In this document: positions 39,440 to 50,495 of the stretch, one piece after another
Layout: each line of letters starts with the position of its first letter
How positions within the stretch are numbered: position 1 is the stretch's first letter
NCBI RefSeq assembly: GCF_009914755.1
Contig: NC_060925.1
Direction: 5' to 3' (one strand)
Length of the DNA: 64,000 bases
Source of the DNA: the human T2T-CHM13v2.0 reference genome, Homo sapiens
Program-made: the position numbers and the translations under genes
The notes under the pieces: generated by a model
Told to the model about the DNA's origin: nothing
What the model saw: only the letters and a program-made list of their open reading frames with translations
Databases searched by the model: none

Positions 39440-40531
39440 GTTGTACACACCAAACCACCATGAATTCACACTAAATTAGATACTTAGGAATATTTTCTCT
39501 TTCAAACTATATTGCAGCTGCTATATACATAGAAGTTTTTCAATAAATATTGAATAATTCATTCTAAGAAGACACTTATTTTAGAGAAATAACGCTTTGG
39601 GGGCATGAAGTAAAAAGGCCAAATCAATGGCAGAATCTGGGGAATTTTTATTCATCTGGAACCTTCCACAATATACTCTTATTTTTGTGCTATTAATGCA
39701 CTATTTTCCATATATGTACAAAATTGTATGCATATATAATAATTCATTGTTACTTCTAGGAAAGGAAATTCCCAGACCTACTACCATACTACTACTCTAC
39801 GTAGGTTATTTTATTTGTATGTAAACACAAGCTGAGATTTTTTTTCTGCATCTATAAAATGAAGATGTGACCAGGCCTCTCATACAGAGACACTGAGGGT
39901 AATGAGACTAATAATCCCTTTGATGGTGGCAGGCAAAGTTTTCACAATCAAAATCAACAAAAATAGCGGAACCTTAGGCTTGCAGGGATAATATTTCTTT
40001 TCTTATTGTCAGGCTTTTGCTTCTTCTATATAAATAAGAAAGGTTCAGCATATTAATCCCAGATATTCTGCACCCAGAGGGAAACGTTGTGCTTATTTCA
40101 ATAGGAATTTGACCTTTGCTTTAGGTGAAACCATCAGAGCTCTTGGATGAGAAGCTCATCTTTCTGGTCCCTGGAACATTGTTCATGTACACTTGACTAC
40201 ATTTCATCTCTGTCCTTAAACCTTAAGTGGGGGTCAATAAACACAGTTGTTTGACTTGGATAGTACAACTCTTATATTCTTAGTGACATTATAATTACTT
40301 AACAATTCTCCTATGACTTTAGAGCCTAATAAAATCCGTTGACTATACATAAAAGAATAAAATAAAGTATACCTCTCAGGTAGGCCTGTCAGAAAGATGC
40401 AGGCTTAAATTTACACTGCAGCAGTTACAAAGCTCAGAGATAAAGGTATTAGGGTTCTCACAGCAGTCTAGCTAGAACACTATTGGGGGATAACTGGGCA
40501 ATTGTAAAAGAAGAGTCATCACCATGCAAAG

Positions 40532-40609
40532 TTTAATTGTGACCAATTTTATTTTAGAACTGCATTTTTGGGTGTTTTATGGTAATGTAGATTTTATTCA
40601 ATATTTATT
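40532..40609 (-). terminator. DENND1B: Distal DENND1B poly(A) signal cluster
   Basis: Minus-strand AATAAA at 40604-40609, 40593-40598 and 40548-40553; ATTAAA at 40532-40537. Confidence 0.65.
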
Positions 40610-42932
40610 TTTGCATATTTTTTAAAAAATTCCCAAAGCGATGCTTTTATACACATCTTCCCAATAGTAGTCAAGTTTGGAGATGATTTATACTGTAGCC
40701 TCAAGGATGCAAGAACAATGAAGTAAAATCACAATTCTGGGTAGGTTTTTACAGATATCTGCTACCAAGACGAGCAAAAAGCTCAGGGTTTTCAGTCCTT
40801 TTAAATAGTTTTTCATCTAACGCAAGAGAAATAAACTTTGGAAAAGTTCAATTTTGAACCCCTCCTGTGGCTTTTACATAAAAAAGCTTTATGCATTTAT
40901 GTTGTAGGACTCAGGCAGTTCATATTAGTTGCTGTTTTAGGCACTGCTGTAAGTACTAAACTACAACAGACTCAAGAAATCCACTTTTTCAAATATGATT
41001 ATTAAATGGCTCTCAAAATAACGTTATGGAAGTTACACTGTCAGAAGGATGGTGACTTGACATGTGATGCACTAAACATGCAGGTTTTAAATTCTGCCTT
41101 GTCCTAAACATCATATAATCAACCAAAGTGTAGATTTGATAATGGACCTCAACAAGGCTCACATTTGAGAAATGAAATAACAGAGATGAATAGACTTATA
41201 GGTTCATCATATCAAAGAGGTAATCATTTGTGACTTTCCAATATTTTAAAATAAAAGATTGAATAACTTTACTTCATTCAACTAAAATGTGGCTTGAAAA
41301 AAACATAGCATTCTGGATATAAAGCATTCTGTTAACATTGCTCTTCAGTACCTTGCTTTATTATTATTTTTTTGGTATGTCTGCATGTTGCATCCAGAGC
41401 TACAGATTTTCCACAGTGCTTTTCTGCCTCATTCAAGTATAATAAAGTAGAAATCTATAGAAGCTCTAAGGTTAAACAAACTGTACATCATACAAAAAAT
41501 TAACTTAATTTACACAGTCAAAAAGTATTGGCAATGCCCTTTATAAATCTTATCAAAGATTCATCACAAAGGATACTACAATCCACATATGTAATCATCA
41601 GCATACAAATGCCATTTTGATTTAGGTGGTGCAGAACTGAGTATCTGTTAAATGTACACATGTAGAATCAGCAATTTGTACCGTATATATTTCTTTTAAA
41701 GTAACAGTATTGTCAATCTAAGGTACAGGATTTTCTTACTGCATATTTATTGTTGCTGAGGCAGTTAGTTATGATACAACAACACAATATCCATAATAAT
41801 TTTAAATAAACAAAAACATTTCTCCTGGCAACAATATAAAGAATATATTTTTTTCTGAAATCAATGAGAACATTGCTACATACAGATTTACTCAAATACT
41901 GAAAAACATGACCTTAAGGCATCTGCCAGAAAAACAGATGTACATATTTATATGAACTAAGTTATGCAAGAAAAATTATTGCACGAAATCCTATTTTCAA
42001 AATAAAATATTCTTCTGTCTAAATGTATATAATTCCTTATTTCTTCATCAAATCACGTTAACTGACTTGCTCAAAACCACTCTGCCTCTTAAATAAGGTG
42101 TAACAACATACACTAACAATATTACTGGGTTTGACCCAGGAACATTAGTACTGACATAGGGTTTGTAAAAACTATTTCCTACATTAAGAAGTGCTTTGGA
42201 GGAAACTAGATTTGGGGATTCATTTTACATTCTTAAATATTCTGATTTACAAATATCTTAAGATTCAGGGTCTTTTATGTCAAACAAAATGGAATTTGTA
42301 TAAGAAAATTTATTCATGAAAATAATCAGTCTTTTCCTGAAAATCCACATTTTCTACAAGAGAATGAAGGTCTATTGATTATGAGACATTCACAGTGTTC
42401 TCCTCTTGATCAGGAGTCTACTTGTTCACCTTAATTAAGAAACAATTCATTAGAATTCCTGAATCCTATTATTAGGATATTCGCATAGAATAGCACTAGT
42501 AACAGCAGTCACATAGTTTTTATTTAGAAGGGAGAGACTGTTTCTACAGAACGCTGTTATTAATATAAAAATAGTAAAAATTGGATTCCCATTAACATGC
42601 ATCCACACCTTCAGTTACTCCTAAACTGAGTACAGTGGCTCTAAGTATTGAAAAGGAGCATCATTCCATTATAGAGAGCCCTGTGCAGCCTGGTTATCTG
42701 ATAATAAGATAAAGACACTCAGTTTCTAAAAGAGTCTCTAAATCTGCCCCTTAAATGTGGGTATCTTAGCAGCATAATATACTTAGCATAATAATTGAGA
42801 AAGTTAATGAAATTAGAAATGATACTATGGTTCATACTTAGAGCATGCTTTAAATTAAGCAGCCAGTTTTTGTTCTTTTTTTTTGAACTTTTTGTGTGTT
42901 AGAATCTCAGCTAATAACTTCCAGGCAAAACA

Positions 42933-42933
<1 letters not shown>

Positions 42934-42963
<30 letters not shown>
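42934..42963. repeat. (ATT)10 STR within the DENND1B 3' UTR
   Basis: Read directly from the sequence. Confidence 0.95.
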
Positions 42964-44619
42964 TTAATAAAAATTTGCAATTCCTTTTCCTTTGTTCCTT
43001 CAGAGCAGGGACTATGTCAGTTATTTTATTTCCCATATCCTCAGTTACTGTACCCTGCATATGACTGGTACAAAAAGTCAATGAATAGTTTTTAAATGAA
43101 CATGTTATTAACTAATTTTAATTAACTGAAAAAATAATCATGCTATGTTTTGGTGCTTTTCTAAGACACATTAAAGTAGGTAATCATCAAAAGATACCAC
43201 TTAGTAATATTTTCACTTAAAAAAATAGCTCCTAAATTCCAATATTATTTCTCTATACCCCTGAAATACCACGGATGCAATATCTAAGGGTAAAAAGAAA
43301 AAAGTGAGAGTGGGATTCAGAAAGAACCATGACTCCATTGCAGGCCAGATAAAGACTATGTACCAAGGCCAAAAGTCTTTTTAGTTTATACAATTCTGTT
43401 GTATAACAGGTGTTGCTTCTTTGAAAAATAATTTCAAAAAGCAGAGGAACTTACAAATATTTGATTTAGTTACCATAGAAAATATGGGCACTGTAGAATA
43501 TAACACTTTCCTTTATTTCGGAACTCACCCAGTTTAATTTCATTCTCACTATAACCACCATAATACTAGGAAGTCTAAGTTTAAGAGCAGACTTTGAATA
43601 TTCAAAATTTTACTGGTTTGAAATACAAATACTTGGTAGTATTATTCTGGATGTTTTTAAAGAATAACATGCAGAATTGTTTTTCTGCCTTTGTTTTTAA
43701 AATAGAATAAAACTGCTAATTTTGCATTAAAATAAGGCACAAATCACTTTTAAATACCTTGAGACAATTATTTATGAGTGGCTAAATATCCTCAAAGCAA
43801 CACAGTATTATAACCAAACACCTTGAAAGGTGGCTGAAAAGTAGAACAAAATTTGGATTTCTGAAGCCGTGATGTCGATAAAGCAAATGGACTAAAAACC
43901 AAATTTGACCCATGCTACACTCACAGTTGTTTTTCAGACTGAGTTCTGAAAAAAACAAACAAAAAACCATACCTCATTTCAAAATTCATATTAAAATGCT
44001 GATTTGCATTCTTTTCACAAATTATGAAGGAATATTTGCCAAGCAGATTAACAACCAGAGTAACCTTTTTTCCTTCTGATTTAAAACAGCTCTTTTGCTA
44101 TATGGACTTCTTCCATTATAAACTTCAGTAAAGTAAGTTGTAATTTTGTAATAAGCTTATAAAGGCAAAATTTGACAAGAACCTTGAGACTTCTGTATTA
44201 AAAAATAAGGATTAAACATTGTTTTCCTTAATGTATACAGTCCATACTTATAAGGGAAACAAGAATTGTCTTCTTATATAATCATAATGAATAAGTGTCC
44301 CAAATAACACATATCCATTTAGATTTTGAAACGTAGGTTTTAAAAAAACTTGGTCATTTTCTTTAAATTATTTCAAACCCTCTTCTAGGATTTTAGCTGA
44401 AATTATATTCTTTCAATAAATATTTAGAATATAGTCTTATTGGGGTTCTTTAATGATTTCTTGAACATCTTTTCTAAAAAGAAATGTAAAAAAAATCATG
44501 ATTGGGGATGTATAAAGTGGATATACTGAAAATGCTAATAACAATTTAACCATACTATCACTGCTTTTTTCCCTGATTGTGCCTGGTAATCTAGTCTATC
44601 ATGAAGTAATTAGTACATG

Positions 44620-45340
44620 ATTCCTTCTCAGATGAATTCCAAAGCTCAACAGTGAATTTGAGAAAGAAGAAACAAATTTTCTATACAGAATTCCCAGTTA
44701 TTTATGTAGATACTTCTCTGCCCTAAAGAAGGGGAATTATGACTCCTCACTCCTGCATGTAGTGACTTCCTTCCAAAAATGACAGCATGGAAAGGGCAGG
44801 AAGAACTTTAGAGTGACAAACGCTACCTCAGCCAGGTTATCAAGGTCCCTGTCAGCATTCACAAATCATGTTGACAGTACGTACCCTTGATATGACCTGA
44901 TGAAAATGGCACTTTACTTCTGTGATCATCTCCTCAAAACCCACAATCCCAGTCTAATCATGAAAAAAATACCCAACAAACTCCAAGAGAGGAGCATGCT
45001 ACAATTTATCTGACAGTACTCTTCAAAGCTGTCAATGTCATCAAAAATAAGGAAAGTCTAAGAAACTGTCACAGGCAAGAGGAGCCTAAGGAGACATTCC
45101 AACTCAATATAGTGTGGTATTCTGAATAGGATCTTGATGTGGAAAATGGATATTAGGAGAAAACTAAGAAAATCTGAATAAAGTATGGAATATCAATATT
45201 GGTTCACTAATTGGGGCAGATGTACCATAGTAACGTAAGATGTTAGTAACAGGGGTAGATGGGAACTCTCTGTACTATCTTTGCAATTTTTCTGTAAATC
45301 TAAAACTTCTAAAATACAAAGTCAATTATTTTAAAAAGTA
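44620..45340 (+). mobile_element. L1MD-like 3' end fragment, antisense within the DENND1B 3' UTR
   Basis: gtgacttccttccaaaa...ctacctcagccaggttatcaagg...aggaaagtctaagaaactgtcacag...gggaactctctgtactatctttgcaatttttctgtaaatctaaaac. Confidence 0.8.
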
Positions 45341-46168
45341 AATTTGAGATGATGATATGAAGCATTTTGATAGAGAATTATTAGTTAAAAAAAGATTTTT
45401 TTTTTTTTTTTGTCAGGACGGTTTATGTTGTATTTGGCTTTCTTGGGGTGGACCCCTAAATAGCAAAGGCATACAGAGAGACTGAAAACTCGTTAGAGTG
45501 TCTCATTTGTAAACAGAAGTCATTAACTTCACATTGTAATTCAGCACTTCCTATATTTCACTGAATGAAAGGTAAGTGTATATTTTTATACTTTTTGGAA
45601 AACATGGCTATAGTGCTTTATATAAGCAAATTAAATATTTCCATTAAGAGAGCTTTTTAATCTTGAAAAGATGAATTTTGACCTTGATTTGATGAATAGA
45701 AAAAGGCATTATTGCTCTGCAGAACACTAATAACTTATCCTTCAAACTTTATACATACTTTCATACATTATTTAAGTATGCTTAAAAAACAGCTTTAAGA
45801 TTAAGGCAATTAGTGGGTTAACAGTTTCATCAGCTTCAGGCTAGTTTTGATAAGTTTTGATATCTTGATCAGTTCATGCTCAACCAGATTAGTATAGTAG
45901 CTACTGGTTATGTGCATGGGTTACATATGCATTCTTAGCTTAAATAAAATAAACGGCATTAAGCACCAAACACTGGGAAATCTCATGGTCAATACATACT
46001 TTAAACATACATACAAACTAGTACCTGATTTAAAAGCACAGTAGAATTCGCTTTATATTTAAAAATCAATGCATTTCATATATCCTCGAAATGAACAAGT
46101 GAGAAAAATGTTGCAAATGCAAAAAAAAATTTAAATAGTATGAGTTGCCATTCCTACAAATAATTCTG

Positions 46169-46174
46169 TTTATT
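46169..46174 (-). terminator. DENND1B: Candidate proximal DENND1B poly(A) signal
   Basis: AATAAA ~54 nt after the stop codon, with a U-rich tract (plus-strand A-run at 46121-46129) ~40 nt further 3'. Confidence 0.45.
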
Positions 46175-46227
46175 ATACAGATTGCATTGAATCTCAAAAT
46201 GTCTCCATAGAAGCTTGGATGCAAGAT

Positions 46228-46740
46228 TTAAGTTTGGTTTCCATTTGTGTTTTTGTCTGAAATGTTCAAGCTTTGTTGGAAGTCAGATGTCATATGACAT
46301 AATGACACTACTTCATGGAGCAGTCCAATATCTTCTGAAGTCTCTTTGGCTTCTTTCCCTTCTTTCTCCCAAGGAACAAAAGTCGATGAATGCCGCCCAA
46401 GACCGGGTATAAGCAGATCATCTGAAATCTGGCTTAGTGTTTCCCTCTTTTCTGTTTTTCCTTTATCAGTCTGGGAAACTTCAGGGGAAGTGAGTTGGAA
46501 ATCCAGTCCTGAAGTAGGGTCACTCACATTGTCAGCACCGAGGTGCTTGTTACTGTTTTCCTCTTTCAGGATAAACAGAGAATCTGTCAAACCACTAGAG
46601 GAAACCCGCTTCCTAGGAGATGGAGGGAGGTGTTTGCCATGGAGGGCACTATCGTCTTGCCCAAGATTCCACTCTGCTTGGTCACCAGAACCACCACAGA
46701 GGAAAGCCAGGTTATTCTCACTAGGAGCATTAGATTTATT
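46228..46740 (-). CDS. DENND1B: DENND1B (connecdenn 2, Rab35 GEF) last coding exon
   Basis: Minus-strand acceptor tttcttctttttttcAG (AG at 46741-46742). 513 nt, phase 0: NKSNAPSENNLAFLCGGSGDQAEWNLGQDD...SLNISDKNTNGNQT* with TAA at 46228-46230. Matches my recollection of the DENND1B C-terminus. Confidence 0.95.
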   Translation of the reverse strand, partial: NKSNAPSENNLAFLCGGSGDQAEWNLGQDDSALHGKHLPPSPRKRVSSSGLTDSLFILKEENSNKHLGADNVSDPTSGLDFQLTSPEVSQTDKGKTEKRETLSQISDDLLIPGLGRHSSTFVPWEKEGKEAKETSEDIGLLHEVVSLCHMTSDFQQSLNISDKNTNGNQT

Positions 46741-47495
46741 CTGAAAAAAAGAAGAAACAACAAACTCAGAAAACTTTTAATAAGCATTAATTTAGTTCTT
46801 TTTTCTCTTTTGAAATAAATGTTAATAGCGTTAAGTTCCTCCCAGAGAAAATACAGCATTGAGAGTCAATTTTAAACATTTCCAAATGGCTCTATTAACA
46901 GGGATGAAATGGAATGGACTTTGGTTTCCACTGCCTTGCAGCTGTCACCTAACAAATTCAAACTAGATTATATAATTAATGCCAAGTTCTGAAGTCACTT
47001 ACTATCAGAACAGGATTGTCATTACTCATACTTCTATCTCTGCTGTTTTTAAGCATTCAGTTAAATTTGCATAAAATAATGTTAAAAAATAAAATCATGT
47101 TCATTTTTGGGTAAGAAAAATGATTTGAATGAATACATTTACTGAAGTTTTTTTGAAAACTCAGGAAATATGGGGAAAAAGTGAAAACATTTCACATTTT
47201 AAAAATTCCCCAGAGACAAGTATAAAATTAGGTTGCAAGAAAACATTATTGCTTGACAAAATAATTTCAATTAATGACAATAACCACTAGAACTAGATAA
47301 ATGAAAGGGAAAATACTAGAATTTTAATAATAGAAATAATTTCTAGTGATTAAATTTTATCATATTTTTGAAGTTTTGACCCTTACCTACTTAGAGGTTA
47401 AATGCTTCTACCAACAAAGAGTATAAGATCCAGTAATCACAGCCAAGGCAAGAATATTTTCTTCTAATTTTATAAGTAAAAAAAAATCTACTAAC

Positions 47496-47712
47496 CGTAG
47501 GTTTGTAATCAATGTCATCCATTGATCTAAAGAAATCCAAGCTCTTTGCAGCTGCCAGCTTCCCCTGATCTGAGCTGTGTGTGCTCAATGTATCAAGAAT
47601 CTCTCCTAGTAAGTCCATTTCACCTGAGTAAGGAGTCTTCACTCTTGTTTCAACAGAGTCATCACTCTCATAGAGATAAGCAGAAGCTTCTTCACCATCT
47701 TCAGAAGATAAC
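47496..47712 (-). CDS. DENND1B: DENND1B penultimate coding exon (217 nt)
   Basis: Acceptor ttttcttcAG (47713-47714) and donor ACG|GTTAGT (47494-47495). Encodes (K)LSSEDGEEASAYLYESDDSVETRVKTPYSGEMDLLGEILDTL...DDIDYKPT. Phases match both neighbouring exons. Contains the clathrin-box-type DLLGEILDTL (47586-47615). Confidence 0.95.
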
Positions 47713-48638
47713 CTGAAGAAAAATAAAACACGCAGTAGTAGGTAAATAACCATATTTGCTGCATGTAAGTAATCTCTCACCAGTTACATTACATTAATGA
47801 GAGAGTTAACAACAAAATCAATAATTAGTTCATCACCAAATTCTTTACCGTGATGTGTATACTAATTCCAATATGGAAATATTTTGTGCATGCATTAAGA
47901 ACAAATAAAAAGTTTACGGCACCTTATGAAACTGAAAGTAGAAGCAGGGCTTTTCACAGTTTAATTCTGTGGAATTTGGGACCTTTACTTTAGGAATATT
48001 AGACTGAACTACTTGGAAAGTCTGCTATAGCCTAAATTCACTTTCAATATTTAATATGGTTTTCCTTTATTTAATCACTTATTTTAGAGGAGAATGCATA
48101 TTCCTTTACATAGACAGAGATATAGTTAATGAAGAAAAAAGAATGTTCATTTTGTCATTGTCATACATCAATTGTAAGAAGCTAAACATATATTATTTCC
48201 CTTATATTAAAATTAATTTTTAACACTTTTTATTAAATTTTCATCTTCTGATATCACCATAGACTTAAGTCTCCTGTACCCTCAATTCCATTTCTTTCTA
48301 TTGACTATTATCACCATTCCTGATATTTAACCTTCCTCTCTTCAGAATGAGTAAGAGCCTAATTTAGATGGGCTTCTATTGCCCCTTTAACACTATCCCA
48401 GATATCTCTGTAGACATTATTGCTTTCCAAGAACAAGATATTTAAGGTCCATCTTAGTTTCCTGTCCCAAGATATCCCCCATAACATTCCAGGAGCACTG
48501 GGTCCTTTTGCTGAAGAACACTGTAAAAGGGCAACATCTGAGCTCTAAGAGTGCATACTCTTTGAAATACCCTTTATCACCAAAAACTTCTGCTGTTAAG
48601 CCATTCCACTTAATAGGACACCAAAATCCATTACTTAC

Positions 48639-48721
48639 TTGCTTGCTCTTTCAATGTCATCATCATCTTCATCATCATATAGAGCACCATCAAGGCTCTT
48701 AAGAGGCCTTTTTAAGCGTGC
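48639..48721 (-). CDS. DENND1B: DENND1B third-from-last coding exon (83 nt), missed by the ORF track
   Basis: Acceptor tctctctccAG (48722-48723) and donor CAA|GTAAGT (48637-48638). Encodes ARLKRPLKSLDGALYDDEDDDDIERAS plus AA, which joins the first G of the next exon to give Lys (AAG) and keeps the frame. Confidence 0.92.
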
Positions 48722-49141
48722 CTGGAGAGAGAGATTGACAATAAATTGGCATTAGCAGTTTAAAATAAGTCTCTTTAGCAAATTTTAAAGCAACAATGTG
48801 ATTTGATAAGAAACACTTTTGCAAGAAATATGCATTCAGGGTTTTTGAATATTATCCAATAACTTGACAAACTGGGACAGGAAGAAAGGGAAGCAATAAG
48901 GTGTATTTATCTCAACACTTACTAACTTCTCAAACCAATAAAAAAAAAAAACCCAACAGATCACTGGATTGAATACATATGCACAGTCACATAGACTTTC
49001 AGGCCCTGATTTAGGGATACTTGACTTATACTCAATTATACCCTCATGCACCCATCACACAGTTTCAACAATTAACAGTATTTGCCAATTTTGTTTCTTT
49101 TATCCCCAGCCCACACTCTCTTCCACCCCAAGTATTTTAAA

Positions 49142-49315
49142 GCTGTGCTTCTCAAATCTTAATGTGCGTATAAATCGCTTAGGGACTTATAAAAATGTAA
49201 AAGTGTAGATTCTGGTTCTATAGTGTTTCTGAGTCTGAATTTCTGCATTTCTAACAAGCTCTTAGGTAAGGTCAATACTGCTGAATCTGGGGGGGTCACA
49301 CTTTGAATCATTAAG
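49142..49315. mobile_element. MER5A-like hAT-Charlie MITE
   Basis: gtgcttctcaaatcttaatgtgcgtataaatcgcttaggga...tctgcatttctaacaagctc...ggtcacactttgaatca. Confidence 0.75.
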
Positions 49316-50234
49316 TTTTTGAAGCAAATCCCAGGCAACCTATTGATTCACCTGAAGTACTTCACTATGTATTTTTAACAACTTTTTAAAAAACATAACC
49401 AAAATATCATTATCATACCTAGCAAGTTAATAATTTTTCTTTAATATCTTATAGTACTCAGGCCATATTCATATTCCTCTATTTCTCCCCATATTTTTTA
49501 GTACGTTTCTTTGGACCAGAATCCCAACAAAGTTAACATTGTATTTGGTAGATATGTTTCTCAGGTCTCTTTCAGGGGACTCAGTTCAACCTTCCCTCTC
49601 CTATAAGCCATCCATACCCTTTAACATGCTATCCTGTCCTCACTTCCTATAAATTGGTAGCTACCTCTGGAAGCTTACCCTCAGTTTCTTTTTCATCTTC
49701 CTTTGATTTTGGCAAGAATATTACATGGGTATTGATATGTGCATTTTTACTGTAACATGTATAGGCACATAATGTTTAAATATCTCATTTTTGGTGGTAC
49801 TAAGATTCATTAATGACTTCAGGTATGATTCGTCAAGCGATCCATTATACATTTCATTATCAACTTTTGACCTGAAGGTTTTAGCATTCCATGATAACGA
49901 CTGGCTAAATCCACTATTTCATTAGGGGCTAAAGAATTATGCTTTTCTAGAGCATTCCTTCTATATTTATTTGCTGGCATTCTATAAAGAAGAGCTTTAC
50001 CTTATCAACTATTTGACTATTCCAAAATACAATGTATGGGACAGGCAGGACAAATCCTTGATTTCTTTCCTTTTAACAATTTTGAGAGTGATGAGCTAAG
50101 CTAGTGTCCTAACAATCTCTAAAGGCAAGTCATAAGGGTCTTTTTTTTAAATTCCCATTATTAGTAGATACTTGATGTTGTTCAACCCACCACAATTCTT
50201 CTTCTTGATGTTCAAATTGTTCCATCTTTGAAAT

Positions 50235-50495
50235 ACACCATGATTATGTTTTTAAAATAGTCCTTATCTTTTAGAGCTATAACTTGAAATATTCCCAGAT
50301 TAAATGATATGCTTTTGGGTATTTATTTCAAAATAATTTAATGGTGGAGAAAGAGAATAGGTGAGGCTGTGACTGAAATAAGATTGGCCATGAGTTGATA
50401 ATTGGTGAAGGCTACATAAATGGTTTCTGGGGATTTTTGTAAGCTTCTCCTACCTTCTGCATATGTTTGAAATTTTCAAAATAAAGTTGTTTTTT
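50235..50495 (+). mobile_element. Old L1M 3' end fragment in opposite orientation, nested
   Basis: gtccttatcttttagagct...aaataagattggccatgagttgataattg...tgtttgaaattttcaaaataaag. Confidence 0.6.

Larger units (their letters stand above)
40520..46227 (-). other. DENND1B: Long (~5.7 kb) DENND1B 3' UTR (distal end approximate)
   Basis: Largely repeat-poor AU-rich sequence after the stop, ending in a cluster of minus-strand poly(A) hexamers. Confidence 0.7.

Noticed and set aside
46346-46859. ORFs 46346-46744 (+), 46543-46818 (+) and 46587-46859 (-)
   Set aside because: Antisense or alternative-frame shadows of the DENND1B last exon, with no independent gene structure.
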